A DNA stretch of 64,000 nucleotides from Neoechinorhynchus agilis (lineage: Eukaryota; Animalia; Acanthocephala). Below the pieces are notes generated by a model. It was not told where the DNA came from. It was given only the letters and a program-made list of their open reading frames with translations, and searched no databases. This document shows, piece by piece, positions 1-11,400 of the stretch; position 1 is the stretch's first letter, and every line of letters starts with the position of its first letter. The DNA lies in the NCBI GenBank assembly GCA_051530055.1, contig CM121342.1, positions 2,452,797 through 2,516,796 of the forward strand, written 5' to 3'. The position numbers were made by a program, and so were the translations under genes.

Positions 1-190
1 ATAGATACACTACCTTGGATGCCTATCCTCTGCCCCGAATAGATGAGATGATCGACATTATATCCAGTTACAAATCTTCAGTCACGTCGACATGAAGTCC
101 ACATATCATCAGCTACGTTTAAAGGAAGAGGAGGAAGTCTTTACAGCTTTCAAAGCGAATGGACGACTTTACCAGTTTCGAAGAATCCCG
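1..190 (+). mobile_element. Gypsy/Ty3 reverse transcriptase fragment (degraded, cut by window edge)
   Basis: Manual translation gives YTTLDAYPLPRIDEM...DMKSTYHQL...FTAF...GRLYQFRRIP, the Gypsy RT N-terminal motifs, with a frameshift. Confidence 0.8.
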
Positions 191-3100
191 CGGAGGAATC
201 GGGGTACAATTTCGAAGTTCTTGGTTAGGTTAAGGGTAAGACATTTAGGGGAGCAAAATGCTTGAACGTGACAAATCTCGTTAGAAGTATTTGAGAGTGA
301 GAGGGGAGCCGGTGCATGCGTAATGATTGTAAGATCATCAGCATACAAGAAGTATTCTGATTTATGGCATACCTTCCTCGGCGTTTTAGTTTTCCTTCTT
401 GGCATGAAGCCACACCGATCTCTTACATAAAAATGTTGAAAAGAACGTGGGAGAGAACAGCAACTTACGGGACTCAATTGTTGATTGCTAAGGTGTTCGA
501 GGCGGTGCTTCCTATATCGATAATTTAAAATCAACTGTTTAGGAAGGATTTCAATCTTTTGATTTGCTGGGCAACAACACCAAATTTTGAGCATTTATCA
601 GTTAGAAGATTGTGATCGACGGAATCAAAAGCTTTCTAAACGTCGATTTGGATGAGTCGAGAGATAAATAAAGGTTGTAAGTCGAACTCACCAATTTATG
701 TGCAAGAAAGGTCTTCTGCAGGTTGAGAACGCGATAAGTAAAAGAGGATTGAAGGAGGGGGGAAATCCGGATTGCTTGTGTGGCATACTTTATTCACCCT
801 TATTTTGAACATTTTCAAGAAAGGGAACATTCAAGGTGAGTCTCGATTGGAAAGGCGACTGGTTTTGCCAGATAAGAGTATATTAGTTAGAGAAAGCATA
901 ACCTCGGAGGGGTTCGGGTGAAAATAGATTTTCTGTGTGAAGAGAGATTACGCGAGACCAATTTGGTAAATGCGAATGTGTTGAACTCCCTTAGCCCAGA
1001 CCGTAAAGTGGGATAACCGGAAACTGAGGAGGAGCGGAGGGAGAGGATTATTGCGCAATGGTCTGAGGATGAGATTGGAGGTACTTTTTTAGCAGCCTTA
1101 TATCTGTGGATTTTAGTAAAGATTTTATCTAGATGTGAGTTGTGGCGGGTAGAAAATTTTACTAACTGGGCGCAGTCACGGTGTTATATAGGTGGAATCG
1201 GAGGAAGGAACGAAATACAACAGCAACAAATTAAACCAACCAAAATCAAATAAATAAAAATCAACTAACGGACCAGAAACAATTCTACCACGGAAACGAA
1301 ACAACGTTCAAGATCTATTTGGTCATCAAAATTCAAATTATCGTGAACTGGAGCAAAGACTAAACCTCATAACCTAACAATCTCTCCTGCGCATTAGTGC
1401 TCGGAGGACCCAAAGATACATGAGTCCTTTGCTTTGTTAACTAACAAATAAACGTGTTATTATTGACATCACCAAGAATGATTAGATATTAAAGACCAAG
1501 AGAGTAATTATCCGTTATCAGTGCATCAATCTCCTGCGATGCCATTTGTAGATTGGGTGAGGGAGGACGATAGTTACTGATAATAGTAAAATTTCGGCTG
1601 CTTGAGCGCGTTATGTAGATGTGCTCTAATTATGGTGATTGGTATGGAGCTGAGTGGGAGAGGGAGTAAGGGATTTTTCCGGGCGATAACTATTTATCCA
1701 TGGTTAGTCCGGGTTGAAGGTCCTAATGAATTTCTTGGGAATAGTCGAAGTTAGGGATGGCCAAAGGAGGGTCATTTGTGTTGTCCGAGTAGAATGTGCG
1801 GATGTTAGAGTTGAATAATTTTATAAAATTTTGGATGTGATGATCACGTTTATCCCGGACGGGTAAATGGGGAGATTTCATACGCTGAGGAGGGTGGAGG
1901 GAGTAATAAGGGCAGAGGAATGGTCAGAGTTCGCGGGCGGAGGGAGTTTAGAGACGGATGAGTAGGCGTCGATATTTGTGGACACTTTGTCAAGGTGAGT
2001 GTCAAAACGAGTTGGAAAGTCAATAAGTTGATGCAACTCGGAGAAGGGTAGAAGAATAAATAGATTATTGAATTCCCCTGCAATTAAGAAATGGTGTGAA
2101 TTTGTGGAGTTTATAAGCTCTATCATAGAGTCAAATTGGAGCAAGGATGACTCAGGTCGAGAGGCAGGAGGGCGATAGACGCCAGCAACGGCGAATTTTC
2201 TAAGGCCGTTACTCAGAAGAGCTATGAAATGGACTGCGATGAATTCTAGATCGGGTTTTTGTAGAGCCTGTGGGAGACAGAGTGCGATTGCCGTACGTAA
2301 ATTGAGACTCCCCTCCTGGACGGTACTCGCGGTATGTATGGAAGGAAGTGTACCCGGGAAGGAGGGCTGAATCGCTGTTAAAGGGGTAAGCCACGTTTTT
2401 GTTAAGATTTCTACGTCGGCTTTTGAGGTAGATGAAATGAGTGAAATTTCATCTAGTTTAGGAAGGAGGCTACGAGTATTGGAGTAGAAAACGGTGGGGA
2501 AGGGAATTTTTGATTTCGGGAAATAGGAGGGGCGGATATCATGGAGATCGGGGTTGCATTGATCGTTGCGTTTGGTGGGCTAAGGGAGGAATCGTTACGT
2601 TATGCCGACAATGAACGATTGATTATCCCAAAGAGAGAAGTCCGGGGGTGACTCGAAAATTTGAGTTGGGATGAGTTAAAGGTAATTATAGAAATGAGTT
2701 TAGGGTTGAGACTTTGTATGGATCAGCTGCGGTTGGGGTACAGCGCTAATTATTTACTTGATTCGGGAAAAAGAGAGTATTTAGTGTAGAACGTATGGGA
2801 GATTGACCTTTGTGGTTATTCGGGCGGCGGCGGTGGAGTTGCACGTAATCAAAGAAACTGGAAAGTTGATTATTCTTCGATTTTTTGGGATGGGGGAGAT
2901 GTTCTCGGGTGTTTGCTCAAAGTGACGGATTAAATTCGGAAGATAAGTTCTGGATTGAGTTTGGAGGGCATGTGGAAAGATTTTGTGATGCGTTCTTATG
3001 TGAATAGATACGAAAAGAAAATTTAGGAGTTTGTATCTCCTGTTAAGAAAGAGGGAGGCTACGAATGGTGAAATAAAAGTTACTTTGAGGAGACGTGGTC

Positions 3101-3420
3101 TCGGGTTAAAGGAATTTTTCGGTGGACGGCGCATAACTGTTAATGGGGGAGGAATAGTAGAATGTCGGGGAAAAGGAGTTGACCGATTCGAAAGATTTGG
3201 TGGCGGTTTTGTGCATCAGCGACGGGGGCTTCCGGCATACCAGAAATAAATATGGTGCGATTTCTATCCTCGATGGAGGAGTGCATAATGCGATGGGTAG
3301 AATTCAGAACGGCGAGGGATGATGGCCGGGGTGGAGAAGGCGTGTTATTACCGAAATGAATCGGAGGATTAATTGATTTTGATGGTATCGAAGTCGACCT
3401 CATGATCATGTTTCTTCGAC
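190..3420 (-). mobile_element. Decayed APE-type non-LTR retrotransposon (L2/CR1-like LINE)
   Basis: In minus-strand order: ORF1-like pieces (RNRTIFISGMPE, RPRLLKVTF), APE endonuclease motifs (LPGYTSF..R..GG, IAGEFN, FPTR...LD, SDH), RT YADD motif (ORF 169..594). Many stops and frameshifts. Confidence 0.8.
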
Positions 3421-3426
3421 TTTTTG

Positions 3427-4040
3427 TTAGACCGTAGCTTTCTCAGTAGTTGCTTCAGCTGAGTTGCTTTCGCTTTTCCTGTCGTTATCTTTTATCCCAG
3501 TACCAATATCAGACTCCTCGACAGTAATTTTAGAATCATTGAGTACTACAGGCTGAATATCCTCTAAGGGTGGTGTCGAGTCCATAGTGAATGTCGAAAT
3601 ATTCGCAGTCTTTAGAACACTACTCGTTTGCAATGAATCTTCGTTTGAGTTTCGCATACTGATGAAATCTACCAAAGCAGTATTGTGTTATAATAAAAAT
3701 AGAGATTGATTTATTATTCTCAATATTTCGTCGGACTTCTTCAGGTTGCTTGTTTTCACACTTGAAAAAACTTACAAACAACCTGAAGAAGTCCAACGAA
3801 ATATTGAGAATAATAAATTAAACTCTAATTTGTTTCTCACAATAATACAAATATTTGCAATGAGGAGTGCCTCATTGAAGAAATCCAACAGTTTAAAAGC
3901 ATTTTCAGCAATGAAAATCTTTTTTTCCTGATTCACAATCGTATATTTACTGAATTTTTTGCTCCAAACCTTCACGTAATAAGCGTCAAAATCGCCGAAT
4001 ATATAACGGTGTTCCGAATCAATGCGTACGCACTACGACC
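3427..4040 (-). CDS. Hypothetical spliced protein, 3' exons; function not recognised
   Basis: Coding-like ORFs 3772..3975 and 3427..3675 can be joined by a GT-AG intron that contains the 3700-3827 palindrome. No family recognised. Confidence 0.35.
3700..3827. repeat. Palindrome made of two inverted copies of a minimal hammerhead-like motif
   Basis: Arms 3700-3753 and 3774-3827; right arm reads CTGAAGA-agtccaac-GAAATATT, left arm is its reverse complement with a few substitutions. Confidence 0.75.
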
Positions 4041-4476
4041 AAGTTATTCGAAATTCTCCAATCCTACAATGAATTTTTATAAAAAAGTTTTTATTCCACG
4101 GCTCTGAATTCCTCTTTAAAGAGGACGAAATTCTCTTTTGAAGGTAAGTGAAAAACTCAAAATCCGATAATTCCAAAATCTATGCTTTGGTGGAAGGTCT
4201 TCACGTTTCATGCGTGTTCTAAACAGAAGAGAATGTCTCATAAATATAAAGGCATCGGTGTGAAATGTGGAGTATTTTTATCATTTATTAAATGAAAACG
4301 TTCTCGAATGCTTTGACTCCGAAAGAGAGTCGCAGAATTTGAAGTTCTTATAAAGAATGTCAAAGACCTTAGGCATAGCGGCGATTGGTCTTTTTAGTTT
4401 TGCTCATTTCTACAGCATAAAAAAAGGTGGCTTATAGTGGATGTAATTATTAAACATTGAATTGGCGATATAATCT

Positions 4477-4666
4477 TTTTTATGGCGGAAATTTTTGTAG
4501 GAAATCTATTAGATCCAATCATATTTCAGCGCACAATCTCGTACGCCTTCATAAAAGTTGTTTCATTGCAATACTCTAAAAACAACCTTGATAAAGGTGT
4601 ACGAGATTGTGCGATGAAATATGATTGGATCTAATAGATTTCATACAAAAAAATTCCGCCATAAAA
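4477..4666. repeat. Fold-back/MITE-like hairpin
   Basis: Arms 4477-4549 and 4594-4666 (~73 bp, few mismatches) around a 44 bp spacer. Confidence 0.8.
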
Positions 4667-5160
4667 CAATTCTCAGTGGTTGTCCGATTTCTCGACAATA
4701 AAAACGAATGATAGACCAAAAGAATGAGTGATGAGAAGCTTTTGGGTTCCTTCTTTCAAGTGCGCTCGCTTCTCTAAAACAAAAGAAACAAGACAGAGGA
4801 ATTTGGAATGCTCGTGAGTGTAAAAAGTGGCATTCTCGTCACTAATTGGCCGGTTCGTTAAAGAAAATAGTTTAATTCTCACGAAATTATACGGTTTCAT
4901 AGATTGATAAAATTAATACAATAAATATTTTGACCAGAATCTTTAAAATAAGGTTTATTGTTATTAATATTATCGATTAGGTTCGTGGGTCCAGCTAGGC
5001 CGACTGCAAAGAAAATAAAATATTTTAAAGAAAAAGAGGGAAAATGATATTGACATATCCTTTTTTTATGTGCATATTATTAAATAGAAATAAAAAAAGT
5101 TTGATAATATCGCAAAGTTGATTTGGACTTTTAAAAACTCGCAATCCTTAATTTGTAGAG

Positions 5161-7322
5161 ATGGCTAATCAACAATCATTGCAGCAAATGCCTTCGATTG
5201 CGTTCATTCCTGCATTCGAATCTCTATGCGGATACTGTAAGGAGAATACACACACTACCTGTTATCTACAACCGAGCTCAATAACGCCACATCAAAGTGA
5301 AATTCTGTTCAATCGAGGATTTAGACGATGTGGATGTGTGTTCTAAAACAGCAATGTACATCCAATGGAATTTAGAAATTCATAAAAGTAGCCTATGTAG
5401 TTATTTTTGAAATTAGTCGTTTAAAATCGATGCTATTCGCCAAGCTTGAAAATCTCTGAGTTTAGGTTTTAAGAAAGAAGCTTATTCCGAAACCTTTACT
5501 GACTGCGAATTTTTATCGACTTTCAAAAAGTCAGATTAACCTTTTTTTGCCTTAGTTGGACAATTCCAACATTTTGAATTTGAAATATAATTATCAATAT
5601 TAATTTTTATTTTAAAATTTCACAATAGGTTGAGTTATAACTTTTCTTTGCTTTCAATAAGTCATACAAACCTTTTTTACCTTAGATAATTCCAACATTT
5701 TGAATTTGAAATATAGTTATCAATTAAGTGTTGAAGTGGCCATTATTAAACGGCTGATTATTTTCCTGTCGGACTTATAGATTCAACAGCTCCTCGGGAG
5801 GTATCCGAGGATCCTACAAACTCATAACTGCATGGTTAAGGGTTTAAGTGATTTCATGCGCTTCCTTGACTCAGATAAATAAGCTGTGTGCCCAAGGAAA
5901 TTAATCAACTGTGTAAGGAAGGTTCACTTCGAATACACTATAAATGTAACCGGCTAGCCGGACTTAAGATAAAAATAATTATCAATATTAATTTTTATTT
6001 TAAAATTTCACAAATGGTTAACTATAAACGTCTCTGGCTGTGTATTAAATTTTTTTTCAATTACCAATAAAACCGTTTATCTTAAAAGGATGACTACTGC
6101 TGATTTATTTGGTCGATAACGAATGTTCGTGTTGCTCCCAATTTATGATGAAATGTGATCCGTTCAATTTCCGTCCATCAAGATCACATCGACGCGTTTT
6201 GAAGAGAATATTACACTATCTCGGAATCGATTCAAGCGCCGCTGTATCCATTTCGCGTTTACCCAACACAAAAGCCGAACTTGTGTACAATGCCATAAGT
6301 CTAGGTGCTCAATCACTGGATAAGTTTGAAATGAAATTCAAAGGAAAACATAAACGGTTGTTTCGAAAACTACTGAAATCAAATGAGCTCCCTCCGGTTG
6401 AATCTGTTTTAACACGTTCACAACATTTGGACTTTGACAAATGCATGGCAATTATTCTTGATAATCAGCAGTTGCGTTTATCCTGGACACGAGCGCATCC
6501 GTCCGGATATTTAAGTCCTTTAGATCCAACCACGAAAAATTTTGATCTTGAAGCCGAACTGGATTTGTACAGAAAATATGAGTCGAACGTTCATCAAAAA
6601 GCAAACAAAACGAAGAACGATTTTTTGGAGTTTTTAGTAAAATCATATCTCACTTCCTCACGAACTAAAGAATATCTATTGAGACAAGAGCTCGAACTTG
6701 GCACCTACCATCTACAATATATTTTAAATGGGAAGCTATTAGCTGTATCGGTAATAGATCTTATGCCAACTATTTTCTCATCGGTTTATTTCATCTATGA
6801 CACCGATAAAATGTACAAGAAATTAAGTTTAGGCATTTTTTCAACGTTACTTGAGATCTACATGGTACGCGAAGCGAGGATCCACGGTGGAGGAATCAGA
6901 AGTTATTCATTAGGACTTTACGTCCCGAAATGTCCGAAGATGCGCTATAAGGCTTCTTAGAGACAACGGCATTGGCTCCTTTTGAGAGGGGGGGAGAAAC
7001 CAGGCTTCACAAGTCAATGCGAAGATATGAGCCGTCGTTTGTTCTCGATGAATTTCAATGGAGAGAAATCGACTTGCAAAGTGGCATCAAAGGAGAAGTT
7101 CGCTTCAAGGATTCTCAAACGACTAATGTGATTGAGAGCGTTCAACGTAGTGATCTGGATGCGATAATTGTTATGTTGCCCGGTTCATATATTCGAGTTC
7201 CATACAGAACTGTCGCCGATTTTCCTCCATTTTTAAACGGTTTGAATGAAGATGCTATTCGAAAGTTCTACCAAATGGTGTCGCCTGAAATCGCTTATAA
7301 TTTCGTCCTTAGATTCTGGTGA
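5161..7322 (+). CDS. ATE1: Arginyl-tRNA--protein transferase; exons 5161-5345, 6108-6959, 7028-7322 (443 aa), both introns non-canonical
   Basis: CGYCK, RGFRRCG, CCSQF..C, YHLQY..NGKLLAVSVID, SSVYFIYD, LSLG.FS.L.EI, LGLY...CPKMRYK..YEPS..L motifs. Exon lengths sum to 1332 nt = 444 codons. Confidence 0.9.
5346..6107 (+). other. Non-canonical 762 nt intervening sequence in ATE1 (TA|AAACAG...CTGATTTA|)
   Basis: No AG between the in-frame TGA (6091) and the conserved CCxQ codons. Ends pair (5346-5363 with 6088-6105). TA direct repeat at the junction. Confidence 0.7.
6960..7027 (+). other. Probable non-canonical 68 nt intervening sequence in ATE1 (TA|GAGAC...GAAGATA|)
   Basis: Removal gives KAS-Y-EPS in register with conserved KxxYxPS. 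TA direct repeat; 9 bp stem 6969-6977/7012-7020. A weak GC-AG alternative exists. Confidence 0.55.
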
Positions 7323-8426
7323 TCCGATAAAATCCTTTGCGAGATTTGAATAAAGACGCGAAAAGTGACAGCGATCGTGATTTTTTTACGTTTGAAAATC
7401 ACTAAAAACGTGAATAGAAACTGATCCGCATTTCGGGCAATCATCCATCATGAGAATAACAATACCCTTGAGGGCCAATGCAGTTACGTAAAGTTTTTAA
7501 AATCTTCAAAAAGTGTACAACGTAGAAATTCAACGAATATGAGTAAAACGAATTGATTAAAAAGCATCATCCGTTTGTTATCACGGGTTGCGTGATCGAT
7601 ACTTATCACTCCAAAAAGAATCGGATGGTGCTTTACGAAATCGGCCAAAATGTGGACTTTTATAGATCTGTCAAATAAAATCAGCGAATAACGAGAAAAT
7701 ATCCAGTTAGTGTTGGAAGATTTTAGTGGTGATGGCCAACAAGAGCATAGCTCAATTTTGCATCGATGCAAGCGAGCGAAAAAAGATGGCAACAATGTCT
7801 ACTCTTACCTTTTGCTTTAGGTATTTTAAATGCTAGATGGTTATTTGTTACATTACAAACATGTCCAAACATTTGGGATCAATTTGTTTATAACATGTTT
7901 ACTGTTAATCTTATTTGAATAGAATTGCGAATAACAACTCCTTTAAAATAATGCAAACATCTTATTTGATTTTGCGATAGTTTGTGAAAATAAGGTGTAA
8001 TGTCGATATTTGCTTTTGCTTTGTAACCATCGTTTAATGCATTTTGACGAAAAAAACTAACTTTCACGATAATCTTCGAGTAATTGAACTTTAAAATAAA
8101 TATTGTCACTTAAGAATTTTATATTCCACCTTGACATATTGCAGAATGAAATCTTTATTGATAGTCCGAAGCATTTTTCTTTAGTTTATAAAGAAATTTG
8201 TATTTCTAATTTTTTTATGTTAAATAACACCCATAGGAATTTATGATGCTATAAAATTCCTTTGGAAATAGTCGAAAATTTATCCATTTAAAAAATAATT
8301 CTTAACCATAAAGACTAGATCCACAAAATGTTTTTGGGTGGGCAAATTTGTATCTGTGACAACACTTCAAAACGAGAGATACCTGCGCACGCAAGAGTAA
8401 AAAATCTACTCATAGATTGAGAAATA

Positions 8427-11400
8427 ATGCTCACGACACGAAGCCATTTGTTCGATGAATTTATTGTGTGTGGACTCGATACAAAAAACATTCGAAATAA
8501 ACCAAATGAAGGTACTAAAACACTTGAGTTCACTTGATTTTAAGTAGATCGTTGAACAGGACAAAACTCAATCAACAAAAGATATCATAGTTCTGTCCTT
8601 ATGCGGATTCCATTTTCAGACGGCATTATCGATGATTCTATTCGGAAATTATGCTTACCGGAGGATGTGCAAATTGAACCCACGATGCCGAGGGAAGTTA
8701 AATTTCATGCTTTCGTACTCGTGAAGGCCAATGGTACCAAACAATATGGAGGATCTTTGGTTTTCAGTCATAAAACACAATCTAATTTTATTCCAGAATT
8801 TTGTAATAAAAACATAGACTGGATTTATTCGTCAAAATCAATCAGCCTAACTAGCTCATTTGTTCTATGTGACTCTATTGAACGGATTCTGAAAATTTTA
8901 CACAAATCCAATTTTATGGGCATTTCCAATAGACAATTCAGCAAATCGTTATTGGAGAAATACATTTTTATGCTTTTGTATGAAGTCGCGATGCCGAATC
9001 CTAAATCGGCATTATTGTTTTCACTTTACCAAGAAAGTGTTTACATTTACTCACCAGGTTTGTTTTTAATTTTTGTTATCTCCTTCATGAGAAAAATATA
9101 ATGTATGGATAGCTGTAAGTTTATTGAACGTGATAGAGATCTTTTTAAAAAATTATGGAAAAACAATCAATCGCTAAGAGCGTTTTATGCCAGTGATCTT
9201 TCCAATTTTATTCATGCATAAGAAAACGAAAAATCAACAAAATTTTAATGGTTTTTGATCAGCCAAAGATGATCCTTTGTTAATTATTCGGTATTGTGCT
9301 GCTAATTGCTTGCCATTTTGCTAAAGAAGATAATAAAATTTTGAATTAAATCTAACAACTAATCACATAAGTAGCCTTAACACTTATAACTAAAAGTATT
9401 GCTTTATCTCTTTTAAAATAATCGCCATATTTCATATTTAGGAGATGAAAGTTTCGATTTTTTCGATATAGACATACAATCAGTCCTACAATCGTTAACT
9501 CCAACCATCGTTTTACAACTCCTCGCCCACCTTCTAAATGAATGCAGGATTCTCGTCGTTGGATCAGGCAAGAAACTTTGATAAAGCGACAATACTGAGT
9601 GCCATTAATTATTTAGATTACTCCCAAATAGTACCTATAACCGAAACATTGTTGATTCTTATTTATCCATTTTCTTGGCCACATACCTACGTCCCCATTG
9701 TGCCACAATCAATGACAACTCTTTTGGAAGCTCCATTTCCTTTCATCATGGGCATTCGAATGACAAATATCGACGACAACCAGCTCCTCAAATATTGCGT
9801 CTTCAATGTGGATACCAAGTCATTGCATTGTTCAAAAACCATACCTTCTCTTCCTTTTGCTAAAGCATTATGTCAAGAATTGGAGACAACTTTGGAAATT
9901 GAGAACAATAAAAGAGATCCTAGCACAATATTCAATACGACTTACAAGCGCAAAATCTCTTCGCTTGGGGATTTATATTACGGAGTGCGAGAAAGCCAAT
10001 GCGGCTCACATTTAAGAGCGCATTTTTACAACTCATTAACTCGAGAGATATTCGTAAATTATTTTGTACAACTTCTGAACAATTTCAGTGATTATGTTGT
10101 GGAAAACAAGGACTACAGGACTATTGGAAGCCGAATGAATAGCACTTATGTTGAAAATTTTGAACGGGAAAAGTTTTTGGCTAAACAGAGCAAGTACACG
10201 CAAACGTTCCTTTCGATGTTTACAACAACCCAAATGTTTGTTTCGTTCGTCGATTGTGTTTTGGCACCAAAGTGTAATCTACGGGATAATTTTTTGAAGG
10301 TAAAACGCTGTAACTTTTTGCAAAGAATAAAAAAATTATATTTTTAAAAATGAAATGTTTTGTTAGAGAAAAAGCGCCAGCGTTTGAATTTTCGCAAATG
10401 CCATTTCTGCACTATTCTTTTCTAATTGTTTACAAATATAAAAGAAAATTTTCCACTATTTAGCTATGATAGAAATTTGAAAAAACCTGAATATCTACTT
10501 GATTTCTATCTCTCGCACAAACTATTTAGATATTTAACAAGCGCCGGGAAACTTTCTTCAGTGAGCTGTCAGATGAAGTCAAGGCAGATGGAATGATATT
10601 TCTGCAGACATGTTCTCTGATCCCTAATTTGGGTTTGTATACTAAAATTATATATTAGAGTTAGTCTTCGTTTATAGCGGAAACTTTATTCCACCGATTT
10701 AATAAAATATCAGTCAAACGACAGAAACACGATTCATCGACAGATGATATCGTTTCTAACGATCGACCGATTTTTGAGTATGAAGACCTTGAAAATAGCG
10801 CGATTTTTTCGATAAAAAGAAAAATTGGAGTATTCAAGTACAGCTGTAGACCGAGGTGAGGACTTAAAGTATGAATAATCGACGTAAACTAGAATGTTTA
10901 ACAGGAAAATGGAAGGGAAGCGGAAAAGCATACGAAAAATGGCGACGTTTGACGTCCACCGAATGAGCAGCATTGATAACCGCTTTATGGGCAATGCAGC
11001 AACCCGACTTCAGTTATTGGTCGAATGCTCATTAAAGGTGGAATTTCGGGAAAATTTTTTAAAGTGCATAATTTCTATTTCAAAGAGCAAGCTGTTTTTC
11101 GTTGAATCGACTATTCAGTATTCGCATCCTGTGATCGGGTCAAATATTGAAAGGGAGGACGTGAACGAAGCAATGACAATATCCAGCATCATTGACGTAC
11201 TTCAACGGATTTGGTCTCACAGAATTCAAAGCACAAAGGTTAGATTTCGCAATAAAAATGCATAATAAGCAATATTGTTTTAATGCAAATCACCGATTTT
11301 TCCATTCTATATAGTTATCCTTCTTTATCCGAAAACGAATTTTTTTCATAATTACCAAATAAACTATTTTATATAGGAATACTCTATAAATTTAAAGAAT

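Noticed and set aside
7385-8110. Possible small gene between ATE1 and DENND5
   Set aside because: Coding-looking fragments on both strands could not be joined into one frame or assigned to a family.
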